Positions 10,809 through 20,626 of a DNA stretch of 64,000 nt are shown here, piece by piece; position 1 is the stretch's first letter; every line of letters starts with the position of its first letter. Both the position numbers and the translations under genes were made by a program. The stretch is taken from contig OY970194.1 in NCBI GenBank assembly GCA_963708075.1, positions 4,544,001-4,608,000 of the forward strand, written 5' to 3'. The notes beneath the pieces were generated by a model that made no database searches, was not told where the DNA came from, and saw only the letters and a list, made by a program, of their open reading frames with translations. Source of the DNA: Sedimentisphaerales bacterium. Its GTDB lineage: Bacteria > Planctomycetota > Phycisphaerae > Sedimentisphaerales > Anaerobacaceae.

Positions 10809-12185
10809 CTACAGCGTCCATCCCTTACGATACTCATAGTGCAGGTACTGATTCGCCTCGGGCACGTTCGTGACTTTCAAATTCCTGCTGTCCCAGAGGA
10901 GCTTTCGGCCGCCCATGCGGACGCAAATCGTGCCGAGCAGCACTGCCTCGGTCAGCGGGCCGGCAAAGTCCGCGAAGTTCGACCGCGTCGGCGTGCCGTC
11001 CTTGCAGGCCTTGAGCCATTCGGCGTGGTGACCGATGGAGCGCGGCAGCGTCTTGGGCGGTCGCTTGTAGGCTTTCATCTTCGCTTCCGGGATCAGCCGG
11101 GGACTGTTTCCGCCCCAGCCTTCGACATACATCGTGCCCTTGTCGCCGACAAAGAGCAGCCCATCCTCGCGGGACAGCTCGCGGTCGTCCTCCAGCTCAG
11201 GCGGCCGGGGCGGGATCATGCCGCCGTCATACCAATGGAGTGTCACCGGCGCCATGTCGCCGCGAGCCGGGAACTCATAGTGCACTGTGGAGGCCAACGG
11301 GAGCGTCTCATTATTGAACAGGGTCGAGCTGGCGTTCACGCTCACCGGCGCCTCCAGCTTCAACGCGGACCAGACCGGCGCGAGGTTGTGGATGCCCATA
11401 TCGCCGAGCCCACCGGAACCGAAGTCCCACCAGCCGCGCCATGCGAATGGAGCATATGCCCGATGGTAGGGCCGATACGGCGCTGGGCCCAGCCACAGGT
11501 CCCAATCCATTGTCTCCGGAACCGGCGGCGTATCCGTGGGCCGGTCCACACCCTGGGCCCAGTACAGGGGCGGTTTGCCGCTATGCGTCGGCCGGTCGGA
11601 CCAGGCGTGCACTTCGCGCACCTGGCCGATGGCCCCATCCCAGAGCCACTCGTTGATCAGGCGGTTGCCCTCGAAGGCCATGCCCTGGTTGCCCATCTGC
11701 GTGGCGACCTTGGCCTCCCGGGCCGCCTTGCCAAGCGCGCGGGCTTCGTACACGGTTCGCGTCAGCGGCTTTTCGCAGTACACATGCTTGCCCAGCTTGA
11801 TCGCCATCATGCTCACGATGGCGTGATTGTGGTCGGGCGTGCCCACGACCACCGCGTCGATGCCCTTTTCCTTTTCGAACATGACGCGGAAGTCCTTGTA
11901 CTGTTTTGCCTTCGGGTACTCCTTGAACGTGTGGGCGGCATAGTCCCAATCCACGTCGCACAGGACGACGATGTTCTCGCTGCGAACATCGTTCAGGTCG
12001 CTGGCGCCCTGGCCGCCGATGCCGACACCGGCGATATTGAGCTTCTCGCTCGGCGGCGTATTCCCGGGCCCGCCCAAGACATGCCGGGGCACGATCGTAA
12101 ACGCCGCTGCCGCTGCGGCCGTGTTGCGAAGCAATGTTCGCCGAGTGACCCGATTCGTTCCCGCGCTCTTCCCAGAATCGCTCAT
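10809..12185 (-). CDS. Gfo/Idh/MocA family oxidoreductase, Tat-exported
   Basis: TRRTLL twin-arginine leader, GVGIGGQG, TPDHNHA, KHVYCEKPLT, WDLWLGPAP, GGLGDMGIH. Confidence 0.93.
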   Translation of the reverse strand: MSDSGKSAGTNRVTRRTLLRNTAAAAAAFTIVPRHVLGGPGNTPPSEKLNIAGVGIGGQGASDLNDVRSENIVVLCDVDWDYAAHTFKEYPKAKQYKDFRVMFEKEKGIDAVVVGTPDHNHAIVSMMAIKLGKHVYCEKPLTRTVYEARALGKAAREAKVATQMGNQGMAFEGNRLINEWLWDGAIGQVREVHAWSDRPTHSGKPPLYWAQGVDRPTDTPPVPETMDWDLWLGPAPYRPYHRAYAPFAWRGWWDFGSGGLGDMGIHNLAPVWSALKLEAPVSVNASSTLFNNETLPLASTVHYEFPARGDMAPVTLHWYDGGMIPPRPPELEDDRELSREDGLLFVGDKGTMYVEGWGGNSPRLIPEAKMKAYKRPPKTLPRSIGHHAEWLKACKDGTPTRSNFADFAGPLTEAVLLGTICVRMGGRKLLWDSRNLKVTNVPEANQYLHYEYRKGWTL

Positions 12186-12317
12186 ACACTCACCTTCCGC
12201 AAAGACTATCGTGACTGATGAATGACAACCGCCCGTGCAAGGGCATCGACGGCATTATGATACCTCATGCACCTGACAAGGTCCAACCTGTTCCATGCAG
12301 CAAGGGGAAGTGATTCC

Positions 12318-15300
12318 TTATGGGGTGTGAGTGCTTTGATTCGGTAGGTTGATGGCGGATTCTATGAACCCAACCGTGCCGTGGCCGATGCCGATTAGGC
12401 CATGAGGTGTGCTGACAAGCTGAAGCACTTCGCCATTGTCCAGAATCTTGCTGTCTACCGTCACGATCTGCTCCCGCATCGCCCCGCGTGGAATGATCGT
12501 GATCTGGCTCAAACCGGAGCGAATCCACAGCCTGTCGTCATGAATAACGGCGGTGGACAAATCCGTTTGCCCTGTGGAATGAGGCCCGAGCGACAACTGT
12601 CTGGACACGGACTCAGATATGAATGGCGCTTTGCGCCATTGCGCCGGCGCCGTCATTTCGCCCAGAGGTAACGAAACCCGGCAAGGTCTTCCCATGATCA
12701 ACTGCGCCTGCTGGGAGGCAGGGTCAAACTCCACCAAGGAGTACCAGTCCCGCAGCAGCAACCTGCCATCAGTGCCCGCCAGCCCGCTCATGACGGTGAT
12801 CCCGAGGTATGCCGGCTTTCGCCGCTTCGTATCCATGCACCAGAAGCCCCGGTAGTACTGCCTCTCTTGATCTTCAGAGCGTGGCCTGCCCACCATGACG
12901 TACGTGGCGAAATAGAGCCGGTCGGGAGGGACGGCCATCAGGCTGCTGATCCTATAGGTGTGCCCGGCATTGAAGGGCTCGTCATTCTTCAACGCACTGC
13001 AAAGAACGCTCTCCCAACGCCCCGTTGCAGGGTCATATAACCCAAGACCACTTTCGTTTCTCATCTGAGAGTGGGCGATCCACAACTTGTCGTCGTCCTC
13101 GACCATTCCCGTGACACCCGAAAACGGCAGACCATCCTTTTCCGTCAGGATGCGCGGGGACTCGAGGAACTGTCGGCTATCTGACAGGATTGCGTCGAAT
13201 CGTACAATCCCGCCCTTGTCCATCGCTACGTAGGCTGTATCTTCGATCAGGGCGATGCCTGTAATAGATGAGAGTGGTAAATCATACCCGCTCGGCGCGA
13301 GCGTCTGGCGCACGGAACGGACCCGCTGAGCCGTCAGGTCGATGACGGCCAGTCCCATCATGCGCTCGGCCTCCCATCCAAGTGTGTCAAACAGGAAGGC
13401 AACAAGCAGTGTATTACCTGCCACCTTCGCCTGGAGACCACCGCGCTCCCGGACTTGCGGGGACATGTTCATCTTCCGCTTTCTCGGCCAATCCTCGGCT
13501 CGCAGGAGCATCATGGCCCCGTGGCCGGTTTCCTTGCGAACAGGATTCGTCGAGAACTCCATCTTCCTGGCCTCGGAGAGCGAATCGCGCAGCCGTGTCA
13601 GCGCCTCGCCCACGAGAGGATCATCCGGTTTGCTCCGCAGGACCTCGGCTGCTTTCTCCAGAAGTTGCCGATACGGATTTTGTAAGTCAGGGTCACCGCC
13701 ATGGCTGTAGATCCCACTGTAACGGTTGCCCGGATCCCACAGGGCCAGATTGTGTGCATCCCGTGCCTCTATCAGAGGCCCATAAATCCTTTGCCAAATC
13801 ACGCTTCTTTCGTCCGCCCCGAAGCTGGCTCGTTCGAAGCACATCCTGTACTCCTCGCGGGCGTCCGCCTTCTGCTTATCTGAAAACGGCTCGTTAGGGC
13901 TTTTCAACTCTCCCAGGAGCACTTCCAGGGCTTTCCGGCACAGACGCTGTGCTTCTGTTCGATCCTGTCCCCCACCGGACGCGTGTTCCCACGACAGGGT
14001 GACCAGAGCATAGAACCTGACCAGGGGATCCCGTACTTCGGCCAAGCTCGTCTCATACTCTCGCCACAGGGCAAGAACCTCGTCGACAGCCGCACACAGG
14101 TGGCCGTTCTTCAGAGTCCCTCGGGAGAGCATGCGGTATTGCATGAAGAGCTGGCGGCAAATACGAGCCCTCTCGTCAGGGGACGTGACGATTCCGCCCA
14201 GTTCAAGGGGCATGGTCGCCCTGGCAAAGGATGTCTTCACATTCGCAATCACTTCCTTAGCGTCATCCGAGCTGACCCAGGCCAGCTTGGCTCCATTCAT
14301 GGGGTTGAGCGATGGCGATCCCGGCCTGATCTGCTGTTTATCCAATGCAGCGACCATGGTATTGTACCATATGCGCCGATTCACCCGGTTGATATCTCTA
14401 ACCGTTTCATTTGCGACGGACACGCGACTGGCCAGGTAACCCCGGGGTTGCCAGTCACACGCCAGCGCGTAAGCCCAGTTGTCCCAGACAGTCCGCACAG
14501 TCAGCGATCCGCGCTCGGAGCCGGCCTGAATCTGGCGGATGAGGACAGAGGCAAGTTCTGCCAACTGCAGATCGGAGTAGGTGGCCAGATTCTCGACAAA
14601 CAGACGACCCTCCGGGCTGGATCGAGCCCCCCATTCATTGCGGAACAACGCGCCCGTGTAATGGACGTTGTCGGGCTGCAACGCATGAGCTGCCTCGAAG
14701 GCCACGGTCGCCGCCGCATATCGACCGTGACTTCCGAGTAATCCTCCCTGTGCAAAGAACTCCTGGGCCTCACGAGCCGGTTCCCACTGCCCCGAAGAAG
14801 GCATATCGAGTAGGACCGGGACGATCCTCCGTGCCGCAGTCTCCACAGCGGTAAGGGGGAGATTCGGGTCCACCACCAGCGCGAGGGTGGACATCTCGTC
14901 GCCGCTGGCCCGGTGAAGTCGTAAACTCATTTCGATGCTCCTGTCTGCACCCGGCTGGATGTATCCGTCAATGAGCACGGCCGAGTTCCAGAAGGCCTCA
15001 TCCGGCCCTTCGGTGAGCTGCTTCTCTCGCAGCAGAGTGCCCAGGCTCTCCCGTTCCAGCATGATGATTCGTCGCTCTTTGCCCAGACGGGCGGAGAGCA
15101 ATCCCGGCAGCACGCGCGCCAGTGGCTCATACTTCTCCGGCAACTGCACGCGATGGATATCGACAATCCCCACCGGAATCGCCGGCCCATTGATCTGTGC
15201 GATTTTATCGACTGCGGTCCGGACCTTCTCAGCAATCTGTGTGGCGGCCGCCTCCACTTGCGATGCCTCCAGCGTCTCATAGCCTTCCCACAGCCGCAGC

Positions 15301-15680
15301 CCGTGTGCGGTCTCCGCCACCCGCACACGGACCAATCGGCTCTTCCCCTGCTCCGCCTTCGGCTCCTGCCCATCTTCCACCGAGAGCAACACAAACGCCT
15401 CCGCCCGCAGCAGTTGTCCCGCTTTGATGATGCTATCCCGGCTGGCAAGTCCGGCCGCGGACAATTGCTGCTCCTGCAAAACCCTGTCCAACTCGGCCCG
15501 TTCGACCAGCCGGATTCGTTCATCCTGGGACAATCGGACTTCGAGCAAGGAAACGCACGCGAGCACATCCGGAGCCGCATCTCTGCCGGCGATGACTGCG
15601 CATTTGACCTGGGTCTGGGCTGGGGCTGCCCCCCACAGGCACGAGACCGCAATCATACAAACGAACAGACGATTGATCAT
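12318..15680 (-). CDS. Large secreted protein with two CsgG/HfaB-like domains, a helical region and a probable C-terminal beta-propeller
   Basis: Signal peptide; LVERAELDRVLQEQQLS...GQLLRAEAFV and MLERESLGTLLREKQL CsgG-like motifs; LTEKDGLP...VTGM...LWI propeller-like repeat. Confidence 0.7.
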   Translation of the reverse strand: MINRLFVCMIAVSCLWGAAPAQTQVKCAVIAGRDAAPDVLACVSLLEVRLSQDERIRLVERAELDRVLQEQQLSAAGLASRDSIIKAGQLLRAEAFVLLSVEDGQEPKAEQGKSRLVRVRVAETAHGLRLWEGYETLEASQVEAAATQIAEKVRTAVDKIAQINGPAIPVGIVDIHRVQLPEKYEPLARVLPGLLSARLGKERRIIMLERESLGTLLREKQLTEGPDEAFWNSAVLIDGYIQPGADRSIEMSLRLHRASGDEMSTLALVVDPNLPLTAVETAARRIVPVLLDMPSSGQWEPAREAQEFFAQGGLLGSHGRYAAATVAFEAAHALQPDNVHYTGALFRNEWGARSSPEGRLFVENLATYSDLQLAELASVLIRQIQAGSERGSLTVRTVWDNWAYALACDWQPRGYLASRVSVANETVRDINRVNRRIWYNTMVAALDKQQIRPGSPSLNPMNGAKLAWVSSDDAKEVIANVKTSFARATMPLELGGIVTSPDERARICRQLFMQYRMLSRGTLKNGHLCAAVDEVLALWREYETSLAEVRDPLVRFYALVTLSWEHASGGGQDRTEAQRLCRKALEVLLGELKSPNEPFSDKQKADAREEYRMCFERASFGADERSVIWQRIYGPLIEARDAHNLALWDPGNRYSGIYSHGGDPDLQNPYRQLLEKAAEVLRSKPDDPLVGEALTRLRDSLSEARKMEFSTNPVRKETGHGAMMLLRAEDWPRKRKMNMSPQVRERGGLQAKVAGNTLLVAFLFDTLGWEAERMMGLAVIDLTAQRVRSVRQTLAPSGYDLPLSSITGIALIEDTAYVAMDKGGIVRFDAILSDSRQFLESPRILTEKDGLPFSGVTGMVEDDDKLWIAHSQMRNESGLGLYDPATGRWESVLCSALKNDEPFNAGHTYRISSLMAVPPDRLYFATYVMVGRPRSEDQERQYYRGFWCMDTKRRKPAYLGITVMSGLAGTDGRLLLRDWYSLVEFDPASQQAQLIMGRPCRVSLPLGEMTAPAQWRKAPFISESVSRQLSLGPHSTGQTDLSTAVIHDDRLWIRSGLSQITIIPRGAMREQIVTVDSKILDNGEVLQLVSTPHGLIGIGHGTVGFIESAINLPNQSTHTP

Positions 15681-15729
15681 TATGCTTTCTCCCTCTGCAG
15701 GCCGTTTGATCGGGACACCGGAGGCGATG

Positions 15730-16753
15730 TCATCGGTTCGACTCCGCGGGCGGGGTCGTGGCTTCGGCGATCTTTGTGATCAGGGCGATGGCCAGCTCGT
15801 GGCCGGCGGACTGCAGGGCGGTTTTGGCAGCGATGGCCTCGGACAGGTCTACAGCGCGACGGGTGGTGCGCTCCGCGGCGATCACTCTGGCCGAGTCCCG
15901 CCAGACAGCCTGCACCTCCAGGCGGGCCACGCAACTGGTCAGACCGCCAAGCTGGGCGCCGAAGTCGCTGAGACCCTCGCCCGTGATAACGATGTCGCTG
16001 CCCGCCAGGGAGACGTTCTTCGTCCACTTTTCCAGTGTCTGCCTGTCCCCTTCGATGACTTCGAAGCCCGTATCCTTGAACACCTTCTTGATCTCGGCGG
16101 CCGCCGCCGGATCGGGCAGCCTGCTGCGCGCATGCGACTCCGGCACAATCACGACCACACTGGGCAGGTCCTTGCCCTTCAATCGTGCACGCAGCTTGTC
16201 GATCTTGCTCTCCAGCTTTTCCGTCTTCGGAAGCAGTTGGGGACCCCACTGGGACAGGCCTCCGACGAGTTTCTCGACAAGCTGGTCGATCGTGGCGGAC
16301 AGATCGCTTTCGAGCTTGCCACGGACCATGACTCCTTTGACCTGGCTGGTCTCGGCGCCGACGATCTTGGCGACGAGGTAGAGGTCACGATCCACGGCAA
16401 ACGCCCGGCCGAAGACCAGAATCCTGGCGCCGACAACTTTGCCGACCTTGGTGGCTTGGCCGGTTCTCGACCATGCCGGACAGGTTCAGTTGCATCTCGG
16501 CGAGCACATCCTGCAGTCGCTTGCGCTCCACGAGCGTGAACTGGTCGTAGGTGCTCAGCCGCGCGGTCAGAATGTCGCCAAGCTGCTGGCCGAGGTCAGG
16601 ATTACCCGGGGCCTTCGATTCGAAATCGAAGATCGCCACCGGGATGCTCTCGACGACCTTCTCCGGACTTGTCGCCTGGTTCGGCTCCGCCGCCCACAAT
16701 GCTGGAGCCAGCAGTAGAACGAAGGTCATTTCAACGTTGCGCAAACGCATCAT
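15730..16753 (-). CDS. CsgG/HfaB family secreted protein; frameshift near 16450
   Basis: Signal peptide, VAIFDFE, LVERKRLQDVLAEMQLNLSG in 16385..16753; continues as LYLVAKIVGAETSQV in 15730..16395. Confidence 0.75.
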
Positions 16754-17760
16754 CGTTTTTCCCTTTCAATTCGGGTCTCCGGATTCGGGTCTGCTTCATG
16801 GCAGGCAAACTGCACGAGATTGCCCAGAAGCGTCATCTGCCGGGGGTCCTCGCGAGCCGTCGCAGGAAGCTGACAAGAAAGCAGGAGATAGTTCGTCTCC
16901 TCGACCACGCACAAGTGGGAGAAGATCGTCTTCTCATCCTCTTTGGCTGTAAGGTGGGAGTGGATCGACCTCCCGGTCCGCCTTTCAACTCCCACGGTGT
17001 TCGCCTCGCTCAGCAGCCGCATGACATCGCCCCCGCTGAGGTCCTTCAACAGGAGACTGTTGAGCTCGGGGACCGCGGGTTGACACGGGTCCGTGCCGCT
17101 GCGGATTGAAGCATCGAGCTGTTCCGGCAACTGTTTCTGTCGCAGCAGGACTACCACCAGGGGCTTCGATGTCGCCGCAATCAGCCTGGTAAGAATCTCC
17201 ATGCTCGCACCGTCGAGGTATTCGCCTGCGAAAATGACATCGGGGCGACTGAAATCGCGGACCGCCTGGAATGAGGCGTCGGCGGGCTTGAGGCCGAACT
17301 CCGTCAGAAGGGTCTGCAGCGAGCCGGACGTATCGAGCACCCAGACCTCCGCTTTGCATGGTCCCACCGGTGCCGGATCACGCGGGGGCCAGAGCGCAAT
17401 CGGTTCTTCCCGAGCCTCCAGGAATTCGTTCCCGAGCGACAATTCCGCACGGTACGAGGCCCGCGTGACCCCATGGACCCGTGGGAGGGACAGATCGTAC
17501 GAGGCGGGCCGGCCCCGGATAATCGTCATTGTCTGTTCGCGAACCTTATCCTGAGCCACGTAGACGGTGATTCGCAGATCGTACGGCCCAGCGAGCCGTG
17601 CAGCCGGGGTCATTTGGAAGGTGAGCCGCACACTGCCCGGCGTATAGATCGCATCACGATCTACGGTCATGCGTAGCAAGCGAGCTGCGGGCGAGACACT
17701 CGGCATCACCTGCAGCACCACCAGGACAGCGAGCAGACTGCGAATCACACGCCTGTTCAT
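16750..17760 (-). CDS. Secreted hypothetical protein
   Basis: 336-aa ORF with signal peptide, tightly coupled to both neighbours (4-bp overlap and 3-bp gap). Confidence 0.7.
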   Translation of the reverse strand: MNRRVIRSLLAVLVVLQVMPSVSPAARLLRMTVDRDAIYTPGSVRLTFQMTPAARLAGPYDLRITVYVAQDKVREQTMTIIRGRPASYDLSLPRVHGVTRASYRAELSLGNEFLEAREEPIALWPPRDPAPVGPCKAEVWVLDTSGSLQTLLTEFGLKPADASFQAVRDFSRPDVIFAGEYLDGASMEILTRLIAATSKPLVVVLLRQKQLPEQLDASIRSGTDPCQPAVPELNSLLLKDLSGGDVMRLLSEANTVGVERRTGRSIHSHLTAKEDEKTIFSHLCVVEETNYLLLSCQLPATAREDPRQMTLLGNLVQFACHEADPNPETRIEREKR

Positions 17761-17763
17761 GAC

Positions 17764-18528
17764 TCACCCCTGCTCAGATATGGACACAGGTTTGGCTGTC
17801 GCGTTCAGGGCGATTCTGTGTGCGCCCACGCGAATGTGAACCAGAGATCTGAATGCGGACTCGTCCACCCTGACGGCCGCAGCCCGGGCGTCCCCGTCCC
17901 CCCTGGCGACGACATCGACGGCTACCCGTCCGTCATCCCCGAGCACAGGGACGAGGGCCACTTCGATAACAGAGCCCTGCGCCGTCCGCATCTGCACTTC
18001 GATGCGCTGCTGGGGAAATGCCACAAGATCAGCATACGCCCGCTGAGATTCAGACTGCGCGTCCCGCAGCGCCAGGCGAAGCACGATCAGTTTTTCCGGT
18101 CGCCCGGCAGGCTCTTGTGCCTGGGTCAGGCCCAGTTGACTATTGCCGAAGGAATCGACCATGAACCAGGGCGACTGTCCGGCGAAGACGCTGCGGACGT
18201 GCGAGAACGCTTGCGCCAGTCGCTCGATCTGCGCATCGTCGAGCAGCGGAGGATCAGCATTGGCGACGGCCGATGACGCAGGTCCGGCGCCCTGATTTTT
18301 GAGCAGGAAATAGCCGAGCAGTGTCGCCGTGAGGATAAAGCTTGCAGCCGTGGCCAACGCGATGCGCCGCCAGAAGATGACCTCACCCACCGGCGTCACC
18401 GTGCGGCACCTGCTCTCGATGCGGCCGCGCAGGGCCTGCCAGGAATCCGCCGGCGCCGCCGATTCATGGACCTCCCGCAGGAGGGCTTCGATCATCTTAT
18501 CCTGCCGCTGCTGATCAGACATGGCCAT
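17764..18528 (-). CDS. Putative single-TM anti-sigma factor
   Basis: Directly downstream of an ECF sigma; short N-terminal helix (IEALLRE...WQALRGRI), WRR-TM segment, extracytoplasmic domain. Confidence 0.7.
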   Translation of the reverse strand: MAMSDQQRQDKMIEALLREVHESAAPADSWQALRGRIESRCRTVTPVGEVIFWRRIALATAASFILTATLLGYFLLKNQGAGPASSAVANADPPLLDDAQIERLAQAFSHVRSVFAGQSPWFMVDSFGNSQLGLTQAQEPAGRPEKLIVLRLALRDAQSESQRAYADLVAFPQQRIEVQMRTAQGSVIEVALVPVLGDDGRVAVDVVARGDGDARAAAVRVDESAFRSLVHIRVGAHRIALNATAKPVSISEQG

Positions 18529-18533
18529 ATCCC

Positions 18534-19061
18534 CTAATCAGTCAAATGACGAAGTCTCACCCGGAGCATTTCCCTGGCCGTCTCCAGATGCCGTGACACG
18601 GTGGCCTCCGAGCAGCCGATGGTCTGCGCTGCCTCTTTTTGTGCCGCGCCGTCCATCAGGACCAGAATCGCAACGAGCTGGATGGGCTGGGGCAACTTGC
18701 CGATCTCCTCGCGAACGCGATCCACCCTTTCCCGGCCTTTCAGGGCCTCCACAGCCCCCGTGGCATCTCCCTGCAACGGCTGCAATGAAGGAGCAGCCGT
18801 CCACCGGGGCCGCCTCCGCCGGCGCACCAGGTTCAGTGCGATCTTGTAGATCCACGGCCGGAAGCAGTCGCCGTCCCGAAGGCTATGAATCCGGCAAAGC
18901 GCCTGGAGGAACGCTTCCTGACAGATGTCGTCGGCATCGCCGTGGCTGCCGAGGCACTGGTAGGCGAACCGGTACAAACCCTGGTAGTGCCGGTCGATCA
19001 GATGACCGAACGCCAACCGGTCCCCACTCTGGCTCGCCTTCACTGCATCCCGTTCGTCCAT
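18534..19061 (-). CDS. ECF (sigma-70 family) RNA polymerase sigma factor
   Basis: GDRLAFGHLIDRH, DADDICQEAF, FRPWIYKIALN (region 2); EAAQTIGCSEATVSRHL (region 4); GGAG RBS before ATG 19061. Confidence 0.92.
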   Translation of the reverse strand: MDERDAVKASQSGDRLAFGHLIDRHYQGLYRFAYQCLGSHGDADDICQEAFLQALCRIHSLRDGDCFRPWIYKIALNLVRRRRRPRWTAAPSLQPLQGDATGAVEALKGRERVDRVREEIGKLPQPIQLVAILVLMDGAAQKEAAQTIGCSEATVSRHLETAREMLRVRLRHLTD

Positions 19062-19336
19062 ATCTCCGCGACTACACACTTCAGCCTGGGCAGTTCTCTC
19101 GAAATCGTCACCCGTAGATAAAGATTCTACCACACGGGAAGAATTTCAAGAATTGGGGGATTTCTCACGAGGCAGGAAGAAGAGCGGGTAGAGGATCGCC
19201 ACGGTGAGTGGTTTGGCGTGTGCGGATGGTCTACCCGCGGGAGAAGTGACCTGCGAAGGAGAGAGATACGCGGGCGGGAGGTCTTGCCTGTTGACTGTCC
19301 GGCTCCGGGCGCTGGGGCTCCCGGATAATCACCGGC

Positions 19337-20626
19337 TTATCTGTGTCGCAGAAGGAGGGTCCTTGGCGCGAGCTGAAAGAGTGACTTGAAGAACAGCTTC
19401 CTATATCTCTTCATGATGACCTTGCCGGGTATCTTGCCTGGAAGGCTGGAGGCCTTGGTGTTTGGCCTGTCGGAGTACCGGAATACGTCGACGTAGTCGA
19501 ACAACCTTGTCTTCATCAGGTCCAGGGCCCTCTGGAAGTCCTCCTCCGACTCGCCCGGAAATCCCACGATGATCTGTGTCTTTACCAGGAGCGTCGGGCA
19601 GGCTTCTTTGATCGCCCGCATGGCATCGAGGAATGCCTGTGCGTCATATCCACGGTTCATCAGCCGCAGAATACGATCGCTGGCGGACTGCATCGGCGCC
19701 TCGAGGTAGGCAATCTTTCCGCTCCTGAGCACGTCATGGAAAGACGGCCCGGCGGAAATGATCCATCTTGGATTCACGTTTCGCAATCGGAGCCGGAATC
19801 GCACTGGAACTTCGATCAGGGCCTTCAGCAGGTCTATCAGGTCCTCTCCCCGGTCCTTGCCATAATCGCCGATGTCGGTTCCGATCAGGGCGATACTGCG
19901 ATAGCCTTTCTGAAGCCCGCTCATGAGTTCCTCGACGATGCAGTGAATCGACTTGCTGGATACGGGGCCTCTCGATTGTCTTATGGAGCAGTATGAGCAG
20001 TTGCCCCTGCAACCCGTGGAGACTTTGATGGTGTACGTGCTCGTGTTCCACACGTCCATCCTCGATTCGACGAAATCCTTGTACTGGGCGAGCATGGCCA
20101 CGAACGGCTGAGACACTCGTCGCACCAGTCGTTGCTTAAGCCGGCTCGCGCCGACACTCTCGGCCAGCACATTCTGGCGGACGCGGGCGGCCACGATGCC
20201 CAGGAGATCCTTCTTATGACCGCGGTACGGCTGATAGGGGAAGTTCGCCTTCAACTCGCCGTTTTGGCCCTTGAGGGCGATGAGGTTCTCGATCTCGGTG
20301 GCGAGCCCGTTGTACGAGGCGCTGCCGGCCTGGGCGATTTCGGGTCTGATCTTGGCGATGCAGCCGCCCACGACCACCTGGCTGCCCGGCCGTCTCTGCT
20401 CGTGAACCAGCCGGATCAACTCCTGCGTCTGATCTTCCTTGGGCTGCATGACCGCGCAACCCAGCATGACGATAAGGTCTGCACTCGCAATGTCTTCAAC
20501 CAGGGTCAAGCCGTGCTTTTCCCTCAGGAATTGCTGGACCAGTGCCGCATCGATAAAGCATTCGTGGCAGCCATTTGAGATGACGAATGCCGTCCCGGGT
20601 TTCTTGCCGTCGTTGTACTCCATCAT
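19337..20626 (-). CDS. MiaB/RimO-like radical SAM protein (methylthiotransferase fold) without a TRAM domain
   Basis: Three N-terminal MTTase-type Cys (NGCHEC, LGCAV, VGGCIA); CRGNCSYC radical SAM motif; QSASDRILRLMNRGY, IIVGFPGESEEDF, FRYSDRPNTKA. Confidence 0.85.
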   Translation of the reverse strand: MMEYNDGKKPGTAFVISNGCHECFIDAALVQQFLREKHGLTLVEDIASADLIVMLGCAVMQPKEDQTQELIRLVHEQRRPGSQVVVGGCIAKIRPEIAQAGSASYNGLATEIENLIALKGQNGELKANFPYQPYRGHKKDLLGIVAARVRQNVLAESVGASRLKQRLVRRVSQPFVAMLAQYKDFVESRMDVWNTSTYTIKVSTGCRGNCSYCSIRQSRGPVSSKSIHCIVEELMSGLQKGYRSIALIGTDIGDYGKDRGEDLIDLLKALIEVPVRFRLRLRNVNPRWIISAGPSFHDVLRSGKIAYLEAPMQSASDRILRLMNRGYDAQAFLDAMRAIKEACPTLLVKTQIIVGFPGESEEDFQRALDLMKTRLFDYVDVFRYSDRPNTKASSLPGKIPGKVIMKRYRKLFFKSLFQLAPRTLLLRHR

